Positions 14,088 to 27,350 are shown, counted from the stretch's first letter. The stretch: DNA of 64,000 nucleotides from Octopus vulgaris (GCA_951406725.2 CATOCA020000001.1:6076001-6140000); one strand, 5' to 3'. The notes: generated by a model not told the origin, from the sequence alone. Numbers and translations are program-made.

Positions 14088-14850
14088 GCAAAGGTGGCAA
14101 GCTAGTAGAAACGTTAGTGCCCCGCGCGAAATGCTTAGCCGTATTTCGTTCGTCGCTAAGTACTGAGTTTAATTTCCGCCGAGGTCGACTTTGCCTTTCA
14201 TCATTTCGGGGTCGATAAATTAAGTACCAGTTGCGCACTGGGGTCGAAGTAATCGACTTAATCCGTTTGTCTGTCCTTGTTTGTCCCCTCTATGTTAGCC
14301 CTGTGTTGGTAATAAAGAAACAGATATTTCACCGGTCGATACATTTTTAGTTCAAATTCAGCCGAGGTCAACTTTGCCTTTCATCATTTCGGGGTCGATA
14401 AATTAAGTACCAGTTGCGCACTGGGGTCGAAGTAATCTATTTAATCCGTTTGTCTGTCCTTGTTTGTCCCCTCTATGTTAGCCCCGTGTTGGTAATAAAG
14501 AAACAGATATTTCACCGGTCGATACATTTTTAGTTCAAATTCAGCCGAGGTCAACTTTGCCTTTCATCATTTCGGGGTCGATAAATTAAGTACCAGTTGC
14601 GCACTGGGGTCGAAGTAATCGACTTAATCCGTTTGTCTGTCCTTGTTTTCCCCTCTATGTTAGCCCCGTGTTGGTAATAAAGAAACATATTTCACCCGTC
14701 GATACATTTTTAGTTCAAATTCAGCCGAGGTCAACTTAGCCTTTCTTTATTGCGGGGTCGATAAATTAAGTACCAGTCAAACACTTAAGGTCGATATATT
14801 CGACTTGTCCCCCTCCCAAATTTCACGCCCTGTGCCTAGTGTAGAATTGT
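14088..14850 (+). mobile_element. SINE family B with internal ~180-183 bp tandem amplification (4 cores)
   Basis: tagttcaaattcagccgaggtcaac recurs at about 14348, 14531 and 14711 after the first core at about 14165. Confidence 0.85.
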
Positions 14851-15082
14851 ATATCTTGTTCAGCCAATATCTTGTTACTAATATTCATGGCTTTTTCCTG
14901 AGAATATCCAAGTCTCAGTTCGAATTCTGCCAATGCTAACATTCACTTTTAACGTTTTAGTGTCGATAAAATAAGAAGCAGGTTCATATCTGGGTCGAAG
15001 TAATAAACTAGCAAACTCCAACAACAACAATTTGGGACTTGTATATATGGCTTTTTTTCACTTTCTCTATTCCTCACTCACT

Positions 15083-15144
<62 letters not shown>

Positions 15145-15157
15145 GTGTGTGTGTACG

Positions 15158-15300
<143 letters not shown>

Positions 15301-15675
15301 GTATCAGTAATGCAATACAAAGTATTGCCTTCCAGTAAAAAGTAGCCCGTGAGGGAAAAATACACAAATTAGTAAATAAATGGCACAACTAAGTACCGAT
15401 ATTTACTGGAAATAGCGAACGTAAAAATACGACGCATTATCCTTTTCCGGGTGTTTCATCTTTCAGATGTTCTCCCTGGAGGTAAGACGGTTTTTTTTCT
15501 CTAATTTGTTGCACACACGCATTTTTGCTAATACATACGCGGTGAAGCTACACATTAGCGTCGTATTTTTACGTTCGCTATTTCCAGTAAATATCGGTAC
15601 TTAGTTGTGCCATTTATTTACTAATTTGTATATGTATATGTATATATATATATGTATATGTATATATATATATGT

Positions 15676-15738
<63 letters not shown>

Positions 15739-15767
15739 TACACATATATATATATGTATATGTATAT

Positions 15768-15850
<83 letters not shown>

Positions 15851-16027
15851 GGCTTAGTAAAATAAATTACTTTGCCACATACTGAACTCATTAGAAATAG
15901 TAGCTATAAAAACTTTTTTAAAACTATTTCTAATACTTAAAGAAAATCTCTCTGATATAGTGTTTGCTCAATTCCACTCACGAAAGTATGGGGGTAAAGA
16001 CATTAAAAAACAAATGCAAAGGTTATT

Positions 16028-16080
16028 TGAGAACGTACGTTTCAAGATTAGTCGAACTCGACATTTCTATCATCAGCTCA
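16028..16080 (-). ncRNA. Type I hammerhead ribozyme motif, unit 1
   Basis: Minus strand: tgag|CTGATGA|tagaaatgtcgagttcgactaatctt|GAA|ACGTACGT|T|ctca. Canonical core, palindromic stem III; the base of stem II is imperfect. Confidence 0.7.
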
Positions 16081-16592
16081 GAACTCCTTGGTTTGGATTT
16101 GAAAACACTGAAAGTGGGAGCATACCCTTTCGGCTTCTTATCGCTTCTGAAGATCTGCTCGAGACTAACAGTGCCAGCACACCCAAAATATGCAAGCGAA
16201 GAATTTCTGCTCTCCCCTTTTCACCAGCGTGGGTTAAAATCAGTAAACACTATGTTTTTTCGGTAAATCCGAAACATTAAATAGAGAGAGATGAATTATA
16301 ATTTCAACAATTGAGGGTAAAATTAATTAATTAATTATCAATCAATTTCACCAAGTGTTCAGTATGTAAAGGGACCATTTAAGGCGAATTCAAATTATTA
16401 CATTATATAAAAGGGCTTAGTAAAATAAATTACTTTGCCACATACTGAACTCATTAGAAATAGTAGCTAAAAAAAACGTTTTTAAAACTATTTCTAATAC
16501 TTAAAGAAAATCTCTCTGATATAGTGTTTGCTCAATTCCACTCACGAAAGTATGGGGGTAAAGACATTAAAAAATCAAATGCAAAGGTTATT

Positions 16593-16645
16593 TGAGAACG
16601 TACGTTTCAAGATTAGTCGAACTCGACATTTCTATCATCAGCTCA
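16593..16645 (-). ncRNA. Type I hammerhead ribozyme motif, unit 2
   Basis: Identical motif 565 nt from unit 1. Confidence 0.7.
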
Positions 16646-17125
16646 GAACTCCTTGGTTTGGATTTGAAAACACTGAAAGTGGGAGCATACCCTTTCGGCT
16701 TCTTATCGCTTCTGAAGATCTGCTCGAAACTAACAGTGCCAGCACACCCAAAAATATGCAAGCGAAGAATTTCTGCTCTCCCCTTTCCACCAGCGTGGGT
16801 TAAAATCAGTAAACACTATGTTTTTTCGGTAAATCCGAAACATTAAATAGAGAGAGATGAATTATAATTTCAACAATTGAGGGTAAAATTAATTAATTAA
16901 TTATCAATCAATTTCACCAAGTGTTCAGTATGTAAAGGGACCATTTAAGGCGAATTCAAATTATTACATTATATAAAAGGGCTTAGTAAAATAAATTACT
17001 TTGCCACATACTGAACTCATTAGAAATAGTAGCTAAAAAAACTTTTTTAAAACTATTTCTAATACTTAAAGAAAATCTCTCTGATATAGTGTTTGCTCAA
17101 TTCCACTCAATTCCACTCAATTCCA

Positions 17126-17181
<56 letters not shown>

Positions 17182-17229
17182 ATAATAATATATATATATT
17201 AATATATTTATTCGTTCGATATCAATTTC

Positions 17230-18388
17230 TCTCTCTCTCTCTCTATCTATCTATCTTTTATCTGTCCCTCCCTCCCCCCTCATTATATGCTTCCTCTCAC
17301 TTGTTCTCACTCTCCCTCTCTTTCACCTTTTCTATCTCTCACTTCTCCCTCTTTCTCTCCTTCCTCTCAGTAACTCATTATTTATTTATTTTAACCACTC
17401 CGCCTCCTTTGCAATATCGCTCACCTCATCCTCCCCCTCACTCACCAAACATATATATATCAGTCTCCCTCCCTCTCTCTCTCTCTCTCTTTCGCTGCAT
17501 TACTTAATATCCTATCACTCCTCCTCTTTTACTTTCACTCTTGCCTCATACTTTCCCTTTTATGCAAATCTTATATTTGACTCCCTTTCTGACTTCTATT
17601 TCTCTCTCTTTCTTTCACTCTCTCTCCCTCTCCCCCTCTCTGCCATCTTCATTGCTCTCTCTCACATTCCTTTCTCTCTCTCTCCCTTTGTCTGTATGTC
17701 TCTGTGAATATCTGATTCTCTCTCTCTCTCTCTCTTTCTCCCATCTTGTTCTTCCTCATGTTTTCTCTCTCCTTCTCCTTCTCCCTCTCTCCTTCTCTCC
17801 CTCTCTCTTCCCCCTCTATATATTAACACTTCGCCTTTTTCTCTTCGTCTCTCAACTCATACTTTCCCTCTCTACTTAAAACGTTTTCTTCTCTTTCGCT
17901 CTTTCTCTCTTCCTCTCCTTCTTCCTCTTTCTCCCTCTCTCACCTCCTCCTCCATTGCAGAATCACTTCACCTTTCTTTCTTCCTTTATTTTTTTCTCTA
18001 TTCCTTCCTTTCACTCTTTCTTTCTTTCTTTCCTTCTTTATTTCTTTCTTTCTATCTTTCTTTCCCTCTTGCGTTCTTTCCCTCTTTCTTTGCTTCTTTC
18101 TTTCTTTATTTATTACTTTCCACCTTTCTTTCTTTCTTCATTTATTTCTTTCCCTCTTTCTCTATTTCTTTCTTTCCTTCTTTCCTTCTCCATTTCTTTT
18201 ATTCTGTCTTTCTTTCTTTCTGCATTTCTTTCTTTCTTTCTTTTATTGTCTTTTTTTCTCTCTTTCTTACTTTCCTTCTTTGTTTCTTTCATTCTGCCCT
18301 TCTTCCTTTCCTTCTTTATTTTGCTTTCTTTCTTCCTTTCTTTCTTTCTTCCTGTCAGTCTTTCTTTCTAGAAACACTGAAAGACGGA

Positions 18389-18419
<31 letters not shown>

Positions 18420-18600
18420 GAAGAAAGAAGGAAAGACTGAAAGAAAGAAAGAAAGGAAGAAAGAAAGAAAGGAAGGAAGAAAGAAAGGAAGAAAGATTGA
18501 AAGATTGAAAGAAAGAAAGAAAGGAAGAAAGAAAGAAAGGAAGAAAGAAAGAAAGGAAGAAAGAAAGAAAGGAAGGAAGGAAGAAAGAAAGAAAGAAAGG
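17230..18600. repeat. Polypyrimidine (CT/CTTT) tract followed by complementary polypurine (GAAA) tract
   Basis: Strand asymmetry flips at about 18370 (ctttctttctagaaac). Confidence 0.9.
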
Positions 18601-21246
18601 AGGATTATCACACTCAATAATTTCCAGCTTAATAGAAGGAATCCCCAAGAAAATCCCATTTTTCATAATAACCTACAGTGCACATCGTCTATATCTTTGT
18701 TATTGTTGCAGTTATTTCTTACTGATGTATCTTTTGCAAAAGATACATCAGTAGGAAATAACTGCAACAATAACAAAGATATAGACGATGTGCACTGTAG
18801 GTTATTATGAAAAATAACGAAACCATATCAATAGAAAAACTGTTTAAATATACTTAAGAAACCTGAAAACTTTAAGTTTTATATCGTTTGGATTTATGAT
18901 GTTGAGAAGCGGAGGTGCAGTAATGTATTTCAACAACTATCTGAGACTCCGAACGTCCTCTGTCGTCTTAACGATAGCGATACTCTTAATAAGAGTTCAA
19001 CGAGTAATGTTTATCAGCACAACAATAAGACAATCGCTTCTACTTCTTAGGATGGTGACAAAAATAAAGAGTTGAAACCAAGGATAAATATGGAGAAGAG
19101 ATTTAAATAAAAAACAATTGAAAATTAAATTTGAGAATAATTATGGTAAATAGATAACAGAAATGTATGTATAGACAATAGCATTTCAGAGCCTAAATAA
19201 TCAAGATAGACCACAAACAGTCACATCCGTTTATCCATCTATCTAGGCAGCAAGCATGCCGGACAAAATACCGCTAAGCGTTTTGTCCAGCCTTACGTTC
19301 TGAGGTAAAATTCCGCCAGGGTTGACTCCACTTTTCATCTTTCGGGATCAATAAAATCAATACCAGTTGAGCACTGAGATTGATGTAATTGATTTACCCC
19401 TCCCCAGATATTGCTGGCATCGTGCCAAAATTTGAAACCAATATTCCGAGAAAGTCATCTTTCTGGCAGGGTCCTATGAGAAATAGCTATCTTTTCCCTT
19501 TCCTGTTGGATTCCCAAGTGCGACCGAGTATGAATTTGGATATTATCCAACCATCTCATTCTTGGTCTACCCCTGGGTCTTCTCCCAGTTGGCTCCACTT
19601 CAAGAACCCATCTGGCAATTCTCATCACATGTGCATGTTAGCAGAGTTGTGACCACTCAATGCATACAAGTAGCAACTTGACATGGTCAATGTCTACAAT
19701 AGCCATGCGTGGTGGCTCTCCTTCCTTCCATTATTAATATAACACTGTTAGGTACACATTGCATATTATAGAAGACACTAGCTTAATCTCTCTGGATGCA
19801 TGGCACATAATAATCTCTTCCACTGGATGAAGGCCTCCATTGAGTGAGAAGTCGATAATGGAGTAAACCTGAAAATAAGAAATGTTTTAGTTAGCAGGAA
19901 AGAAGATATGACTCGCCAACAGTTACACCATTCATCTACGCACGATTAAACGTTTCATGCGAGTGAAGTGTGGTCAAGTAGAAGGACACTGGACAGTTGA
20001 GAGGCTACAGCATGACACTCAAAATACACAAAAGACATGCAAATATAACCCAACAGGAAATGAACAGTGTGAAGTTGGACAGCTGTAGAACATTCTTGCC
20101 ATTGCAAAACTCTAAATATGACACTTGAATTCCCAAATGCATTTTACTCGATCTGCTTCCATTTTGTTCATCTTTTAAAGCAATTACGCGCCAGAAAATG
20201 GTCAATTTCTCCAGACAAACTCTAAATGAGACATCAGTTCCAATTTGGTTGAGTAACCGAGGTTCTGTCTTTTTGTAATTCTGTGTACAGTACAAATATG
20301 ATCCTTTGGGGGATGCGATTGAACTAATTGAATTAATTGAATCCACCCCTCACCAGTATGATCAGGTCTGAGTGAAAAGTTCGTGTAAGTAATGTCTCTC
20401 TGTGCAATCAATCACGTTGCAAAGTTCCCAAGAGGACACTGAAAATCGAATGATCCGTGATAGTTCAACAATCGATAATTCTGAGTCAAATTCAATCCCA
20501 TTTCAGCCTTCTCCAAATATTTCTTCTGACCAATCCAGATTCGATCAATTCTACAGAGCCTATTCAGTTATTATTATGTCAGTCTCAATGAGAGATGCCC
20601 CCTGCAGTTCGGCTTGAATTGTGAATGTTCATTTTCTGGTAAATTCCCTTAAAGGAATTCTCTGTTTTCGCCTGAGGAGAATGATAGGATTTCGCTGTGT
20701 CACCTTTATTAAATCTCTTTTTATTGAAGCATTTACAGACATATGTCATGTGGTAAAGTCATTGCAAAATGGCAAAATAAATTGGAATTATCAGCTTCCA
20801 ACACAATAACCCAATAAATAATGGCTACAAGAAGAACCAAACTCAAATTCTTCTGTTTGAAGAAAGATGCTTTGTTTTAGATGTGAACTTTGGTACTTGT
20901 CCTTCATTACAATAACCTAACAGTGAACCTAAAGAAAATGTAAAACAAATTCACTCACCTGTTTACCCTTAAACAATATATTTTAGTTCCCTCTTCTAAA
21001 AGATAATATTAAACGCCATTTGTATTTTCTAGTTTATCCATTATTACCAACCAAGTTAATCTCAGTGGGAATTTTATGAAATTACAGTAATATCGATATA
21101 ATTAATGGAATTATTATAACCTATCAATTGGAAATTAGAAATAGAACCTGATCTCAGTCATTTTAACAAATAAAATAGCTCAAGTGAAAGTAATATTTAC
21201 AGAAACTAATTAGATATTTTTATTCTATACTCACCAACGACCAGAC
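18601..21246 (-). pseudogene. Decayed paralogous 3' end of the ankyrin-RING-DD gene (donor remnant, last intron, start of Death-domain exon)
   Basis: 18601-18657 reads GIFLGIPSIKLEIIECDNP (cf. AIFLGVDTTKLKIDDESID). 19020-21235 aligns by eye with intron 41980-43770, including the same RTE relic. Donor remnant GTCGTTG|gtgagtat at about 21235. Confidence 0.72.
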
Positions 21247-21712
21247 ATACACACAGATACATACACACATACACACAGCTACATACATACATACATTCAT
21301 ACACACACACACACATACATACATACACACACACATACATACATACATACATACACACACATACATACACACTGCTGTAAATGTGCATTGCTATCATACA
21401 AGTGATGCTTGTTTCCAGTCTTCTGTAGAAATCGTGTCTGGCCATGGCTAGAATATTACCTTGCTTGAAAACAAGTAAGTGTTGGTGATAGGAAATATGC
21501 TTGGTCATAGAAAATCTGTCTCAACAAATTCTGTCTGGCCTATGGATATTAAATGATGAGGATGATGTGTGTGTGGGCGAGTGTGTGTGAACACAGAAAA
21601 CGTAACTGGTATTTTATGCTTTATATAGCGTACATGCTTTTCAGTATATATATATAAACATGCATTTAAAATGTGTGTTTATAAAGACAGAAAAGGGGGA
21701 CAAGCATGTATA

Positions 21713-22081
21713 TCTCTCTATATATAAACGGCAGTTTGTCTGTGTGTGTTTCTGTGTGTCTGTTAGGTTGTACCCTCACCCTGACCACGGCTTTCAACCG
21801 ATTCTGATGAAACTTGACACACACATAGCCCAATGTCATAATTCAAAACTAACGCAGCGAAAATTTTGAAAAGTTCCCCCAGTTCTGAAAAAAATCGATA
21901 AATTCGACATGGGGTCGAGAATCAGAAACACAAACCACAGACTGTCTAGGGGACGCAACTCGACCTTTTTAACTAAAAATATTTACCATCATTTCTTTTC
22001 CATTTTTTGGCTATAACTCTCTAAAAATACTTTATAGTTATTTCCCTTACAAACCTGAGCAACGCCGGGCGATACTGCTAG
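21713..22081 (+). mobile_element. Non-autonomous Helitron
   Basis: A|TCtctctatatataaa 5' end; subterminal imperfect hairpin cctgagcaacgccggg; CTAG|T 3' end; inserted between A and T with no TSD. Confidence 0.85.
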
Positions 22082-22737
22082 TATAACATATTGTATTATT
22101 TTTACTAGATGTTACACAAATTAAGCCACAAAAATATTTTTTACAGTTGTTTCAAAAATAAGACAACCATTTTGGGAAATTCCTCAAGGAAAGAAGCAGC
22201 AGTTTTGCGACATCCATCTACCACACTGCCATCATTGACATGATTTGACAGACCTCCAGAACCTCCTTTTAGCATGTAATGCTAGCAAAGGCTTTGCTGC
22301 TGCTGGCACTGTTTATATTGTGCCAGGTTACATCGTTAAATAGAACATTTGTAGAACAAGTTTGCATTTTGGAGTATCAGACTGTGACAGCCTGAGCTGA
22401 CAAATCTATTTTCTTTTTTCATTGTTATTTTTATTTTTCTCTTTAATCCTGTTCTGAATTCTTTTTATCTTGCTTTCAAATTCATGTTCATGAATGTTAT
22501 TAGATCCCATTTTAGGATGGTGTGCGTGCAGTGCTACTCACTTTTTTGTTAACACCTATCTCTGCTCTTCTTCTGGAAGAGCCATGTTGAAAAATATGTA
22601 AATGCAAGAAATGTTTTTCAGAAGCATAAATTAATGCCTAAAAGGCAGAACTTTTGCTTTCATCAACTATCGGAATAGAAGCCCTGTTTGGAAAACAATT
22701 CAAAAAGGAAAGAAATTTCATCCAGTAAAACTTGGTA

Positions 22738-23040
22738 ATGTGGAGGCGTAATGGCCTAGTGGTTAGGGCAGCGGACTTGCAATCGAGGATCACGGTTTCG
22801 ATGCCCAGACTGGGTGTCGTGTGTGTTTATTGAGTGAAAACACCTAAAAGCTCCATGAGGCCCCGCAGGGGGTGGTGGTGACCTCTGTTGTACTCTTTTG
22901 CCCCAACTTTCTCTCATTCTTTCTTCCTGCTTCATGGATAACGCTGCGATGGACTGGTGTCCCCTCCAGCTGGGGGGAACACATATGCCACAGAAACTGG
23001 GAAACTGGACCCATGAGCCTGGCTAGGCTTGAAAAAAAAG
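22738..23040 (+). mobile_element. tRNA-SINE family C, full length
   Basis: tggaggcgtaatggcctagtggttagggcagcggac...ggtttcgatgcccag...ccatgagcctggctaggctt. Confidence 0.85.
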
Positions 23041-23659
23041 AACTTGGTAATAATCAAATTTCTTTGAGTGGTCATAAGTACACACATATATGGCAAACAC
23101 AACAACAACAGCATCAACAACAGCAGGAGCAACAGATGTTGCAACTTTCACCTTACAGAAGAAGGACTAAGCATATAGAAATGAATATTTATGCATCCTT
23201 CAATATAGATCATATCATCTCTGTGGTATGTTTTCCAAGATAATGGACCATACTGTATCAGGATGTCCTATACAATCTCCCACAAAAGATACTTGGAAGT
23301 ACCATGTTGTAGCAAAGCTGCTCTACATACCATATACGCTGGTGTATAAGGTGCAATTTTTTTCATTCTGAAATATATAACAAAAAACTGCTTTGCAGCT
23401 AATGTGACTGTATTATGGATGGGATACCGAGTGTATATGATGAAACATAATCAATTTGTTTTCATTTCTTTTCTTTTTTTCTCACAAAAAGAGTAGGGAG
23501 TTTGTCTCATTTGAGATTGGGTCTTATACACCAGAAAATATGATATGTCTTGCCACACCATTTCGACTAAACAGATAAAATGATTGGTACTTGAATGAAC
23601 ATCTGTCTGCCTTAGAAAATGATGACGTGAAAATACTATATAACTTGAGCATACAAATA

Positions 23660-24012
23660 GGAGGAGGAGGAGCCGGCCCCCTTCGGTCATAAATGACCAT
23701 GGGATTGCACCTAGAAAGTTACCCTCTGAGGCATAAGTCCGGGCAAGGTTGTTTGTGGAAGGCCAGCAGTAGCCCTTGCATGCCAGCCTCCCCTCCTTTC
23801 CACACCACCGATGTTATCCAAGGGGAAGGCAAAGGGGCCGATACTGCTTGGCACCTGTGACGTCGCAACTCATTTCTACAGCTGAGTTAACTGGAGCAAC
23901 GTGAAATAAAATGTCTTGGTCAAGAACACAACATGTAACCTGGTCTGGGAATTGAACTCACAACCTCACGATTGTAAACTTGATGCTCTAACCACTGAGC
24001 CATGTGCCTTCA
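23660..24012 (-). mobile_element. tRNA-SINE (further family); head included in a 91-bp direct duplication (23985-24075 / 24076-24166)
   Basis: Minus-strand head tgaaggcacatggctcagtggttagagc...gtgagttcaattcccagacc; (cct)n tail. Confidence 0.8.
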
Positions 24013-24629
24013 TTTACAAATAACAGCTGATAATATAGTATATATAAATGTAAGATAATTTTTCCTGATAAAATGGCTCTAACCACTGAGCCATGTGCCT
24101 TCATTTACAAATAACAGCTGATAATATAGTATATATAAATGTAAGATAATTTTTCCTGATAAAATGGCAGTAACATAGTTATTGTCATGGCAATACCAAA
24201 TAATTGTGAAGTTGTATAGAGTTAAGTGCCTTGACCCTTCTGAATGCAAAGCAGTTTCTGTGAAGGACAGAAATGAGCCGTCAGCCAACATGGTGCTTGT
24301 CCCTAACTCATAGCAATTCTAACTTTTAAAAAGAAAAGAAAAATGAAATTTTGTCAACGAAAGGTGAAATAATTTTGTGGTAATTCAGTTCATCAGTTAT
24401 GGTCTCTTAAACTTTAATGATTTGATCATCTGTTTCTTCTACACATGTAATATATTAATCAGAGTAGTTTTTTATGCCATGAGGAATACCTACATGAAGA
24501 CTTTTTCTTCAAATAGGTGTATTTAGAGCAATTCTGCTTCCCTGAAGTTTTTCCTGTCTCATGTTAAAGTAACTGAATACAGTATGGAAAGGTAAATCAC
24601 TCATTAATATTAAAGGTTTAGGTGGTGGT

Positions 24630-25247
24630 TGAGCTGGCAGAATTGTTAGTGCACTAGACAAAATGCTTAGCAGCATTTTATTGATCTGAGTTCAAATTCT
24701 GTTGCGGTCAATTTTTCCTTTCATCTTCTTGGGATCAATAAAATAGTTACCAGTTGAGCACTGGGGTCAATATAAATGATTTACTCCCTCCCTCAAAATT
24801 TTTAGCCTCTTGCCAAAATTTGAAACCAATATTAATGTACTGGTAAAGGTGGAAAGCTGGCAGAATCATTAGTATAATGGCCAAAATGCTTAGTGGCATT
24901 TTGCCTTTCTTCGCATTTTGAGTGCAAATTCTGCTGAGGTAGACTTTGTCTTTCATCCTTTCAGAATTGATAACATAAATACCAGTTGAATACTGGGGTC
25001 GTTGTAATTGACTTATCCCCTCCCTACCTGTGCAGTGGCACATAAAAGTGCCTGTGTGGTCCCACCTAAAAGCACCCATGCAGTGCCAAATAAAAGCACC
25101 CAACACACTCTGTAAAGTCAGTGTTAGGAAGGGCATCCAGCCATAGAAACCATGCCAAATCAGACTGGAGTCTGATGCAGCTCCCCAGCTTGCCAGCTCT
25201 GGACAAACCATCCAACCCATGCCAACATGGACAATGGACATTAAAGG

Positions 25248-25293
<46 letters not shown>

Positions 25294-25580
25294 GTGCTTG
25301 GGAGCTCTACATTCTCATGATGCAAAACTTGCTCACTTAAGCATGTAAAACAAACAGGCATTATAAATGACGATGATAATATGTACTTAGATAGGAACAA
25401 GACCCGAAATTTTAATGGAAAGAGTTATTTTATTAAACTTTACTGGTTCTTTATTTTATCAACTCTGGAAATATAAAAGGTAAAATCGACCTTGGTTTGA
25501 TTTGAACCCAGAACATAAAGAGATGGAACCAATATCTAAGCACATTTTGTCTGATCCTCTAACAACTCTGTCAATCCAAT
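24630..25580. mobile_element. Cluster of diverged family B SINEs and an RTE-tailed SINE fragment (25040-25250)
   Basis: Repeated gagttcaaattc...cctttcatc...ataa...taccagttga cores; ttaggaagggcatccagcc...catccaacccatgc tail shared with the RTE 3' end at 51660-51830. Confidence 0.75.
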
Positions 25581-25668
25581 ACCCATCTTGGTGATGATGT
25601 CAATGATGATTATGATTATGATCATATATACATATATATTATTGTTATTATTATTCATATACATCATG

Positions 25669-26078
25669 TAGGCACAGGAGTGGCTGTGTGGTAAGTAGCT
25701 TGCTAACCAACCACATGGTTCCGGGTTCAGTCCCACTGCGTGGCATCTTGGGCAAGTGTCTTCTGCTATAGCCCCGGGCCGACCAATGCCTTGTGAGTGG
25801 ATTTGGTAGACGGAAACTGAAAGAAGCCTGTCGTATATATGTATATATATGTAAGTGTGTGTGTTTGTGTGTCTGTGTTTGTCCCCCTAGCACTGCTTGA
25901 CAACTGATGCTGGTGTGTTTACGTCGCCGTCACTTAGTGGTTCGGCAAAAGAGACCGATAGAATAAGTACTGGGCTTACAAAGAATAAGTCCCGGGGTCG
26001 ATTAGCTCGACTAAAAAAAGGCGGTGCTCCAGCATGGCCGCAGTCAAAATGACTGAAACAAGTAAAAGAGAGAGAGAG
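25669..26078 (+). mobile_element. tRNA-SINE family A, full length
   Basis: ggcacaggagtggctgtgtggtaagtagc...gactgaaacaagtaaaagag. Confidence 0.92.
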
Positions 26079-26109
26079 TATACAACAGATTAGGCTACAA
26101 GTAGCCTTA

Positions 26110-27350
26110 AATACCAAGAACCTTCCTAAGTATCCTCGCTCTCCCTAACAACACTGTTTTCTCCCTAACAACACTGCACTAACCTTGGTTTTATTCCTAT
26201 TTTCTCAATCCAAATGTTCAAATCGTTAGGGATAGCTCCTAATTCATTTATAACTACTGGGATACATTTTACCCACACTTTCTATAATCTCCATAATTCA
26301 ATGGCTAAGTCTTGGTACTTGGCTATTTTTTCTATTACTCTCATATCGATTTTTTCATCATTTGGGCCTATATAGTCAATTATCTGGCACTTTCTATTGT
26401 CTTTGTCAACTACTTACTTTCTAGTACTTTACTAGGTTCATATTCATACCATTTATCAGTATGGTCAAATCCTAGCTTTCTACATAACTCTCAGTGGATT
26501 TCTCTCCCTAGATTGTCATGTCTCTTCTGGTAGTCTTTCTGTACCAGTATGCTACATTCCCTTACTTTATGAGTAACACTTTCCTCTTTTGATTTGCATA
26601 ACATACACTGGGAATATACTTGGTTTTTGTCTATCTTGGCTTTTAATTAGTTCTTAATGCTTGATCTTGTGCTGCTACGGCTACAAACAAACTTTCTGTC
26701 TCCCTTTTTAGCCTTCCTTTCTGCAACCACAATCATATCTCACTTCTACAATTTGCTGCAACTATCTTTGGGAGTCTACAATGTAAAGTCTTTTCCTGCC
26801 AGTCAGATAACTTTTGCTCTTTTTTCTGGTTTTTAACTTCATTTGGTTATTTTGGTTTCCCTATATCTTGCTGTGTCTCTAGCAACTCTTAATAATCTTT
26901 CTTCCCTATTACCTACATAGGAGTTTATATATACTCTAGCTAACTCCATGCAGTCTTCTATTGATATCAACCTTCTTCCACCTTCATTTCTAGATAAGTA
27001 TAACCTTGCTACTCCTGCCCTTGGGTGAAGTCCTTCATTCATATTGAATTCTTTCCAAGTTCTTCTTTCTAGCTTTGCTAATTCAGTTTTTGTCCAATCT
27101 ACAAAAGCTGTTGAGTATCTAAGTAATGATACTGCCCAAGTATTTACAGCCTTTGCTAGTTTCGGACCATTTTTGTTACCTTCCTTACCCTTCTGATGTA
27201 CTCTTCAATTTTCATTTTCATTTCTATGGTTAGTACTCTGTCAGATTATAATACTCCTAGATACTTATAACTCTCTCTCCTTCTTTTAATGATTTGAATG
27301 TCTGGCCATCTGGTAATTGGATACCTTCACTGTTGATTACCTGTCCATTT
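26110..27350 (-). mobile_element. R4/Dong-like non-LTR retrotransposon relic
   Basis: YKYLGV, AVNTWAVSLLRYS...WTKTEL..LERRT, GLHPRAGVARLYLSRNEGGRRLISIEDC; many stops and frameshifts. Confidence 0.75.

Larger units (their letters stand above)
15841..17128. repeat. Tandem repeat of ~565-bp unit (~2.25 copies), each full unit with a minus-strand hammerhead
   Basis: The unit start tatataaaagggcttagtaaaat recurs at 15841, 16404 and 16970. Units are nearly identical; the array is flanked by (TA)n and ends in (ttccactcaa)3. Confidence 0.95.

Noticed and set aside
16709-16736. CTGAAGA-tctgctc-GAAAC on the plus strand of the tandem unit
   Set aside because: The intervening bases cannot form stem II, and the other unit has GAGAC.
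19650-20346. Insertion in the paralogous relic with a 113-aa ORF and an acceptor-like site at 19869
   Set aside because: Only vague resemblance to retroelement sequence; not classifiable by eye.
21800-21820. ctgatgaaac as a possible hammerhead core
   Set aside because: No stem II between CTGATGA and GAAA; ordinary Helitron internal sequence.
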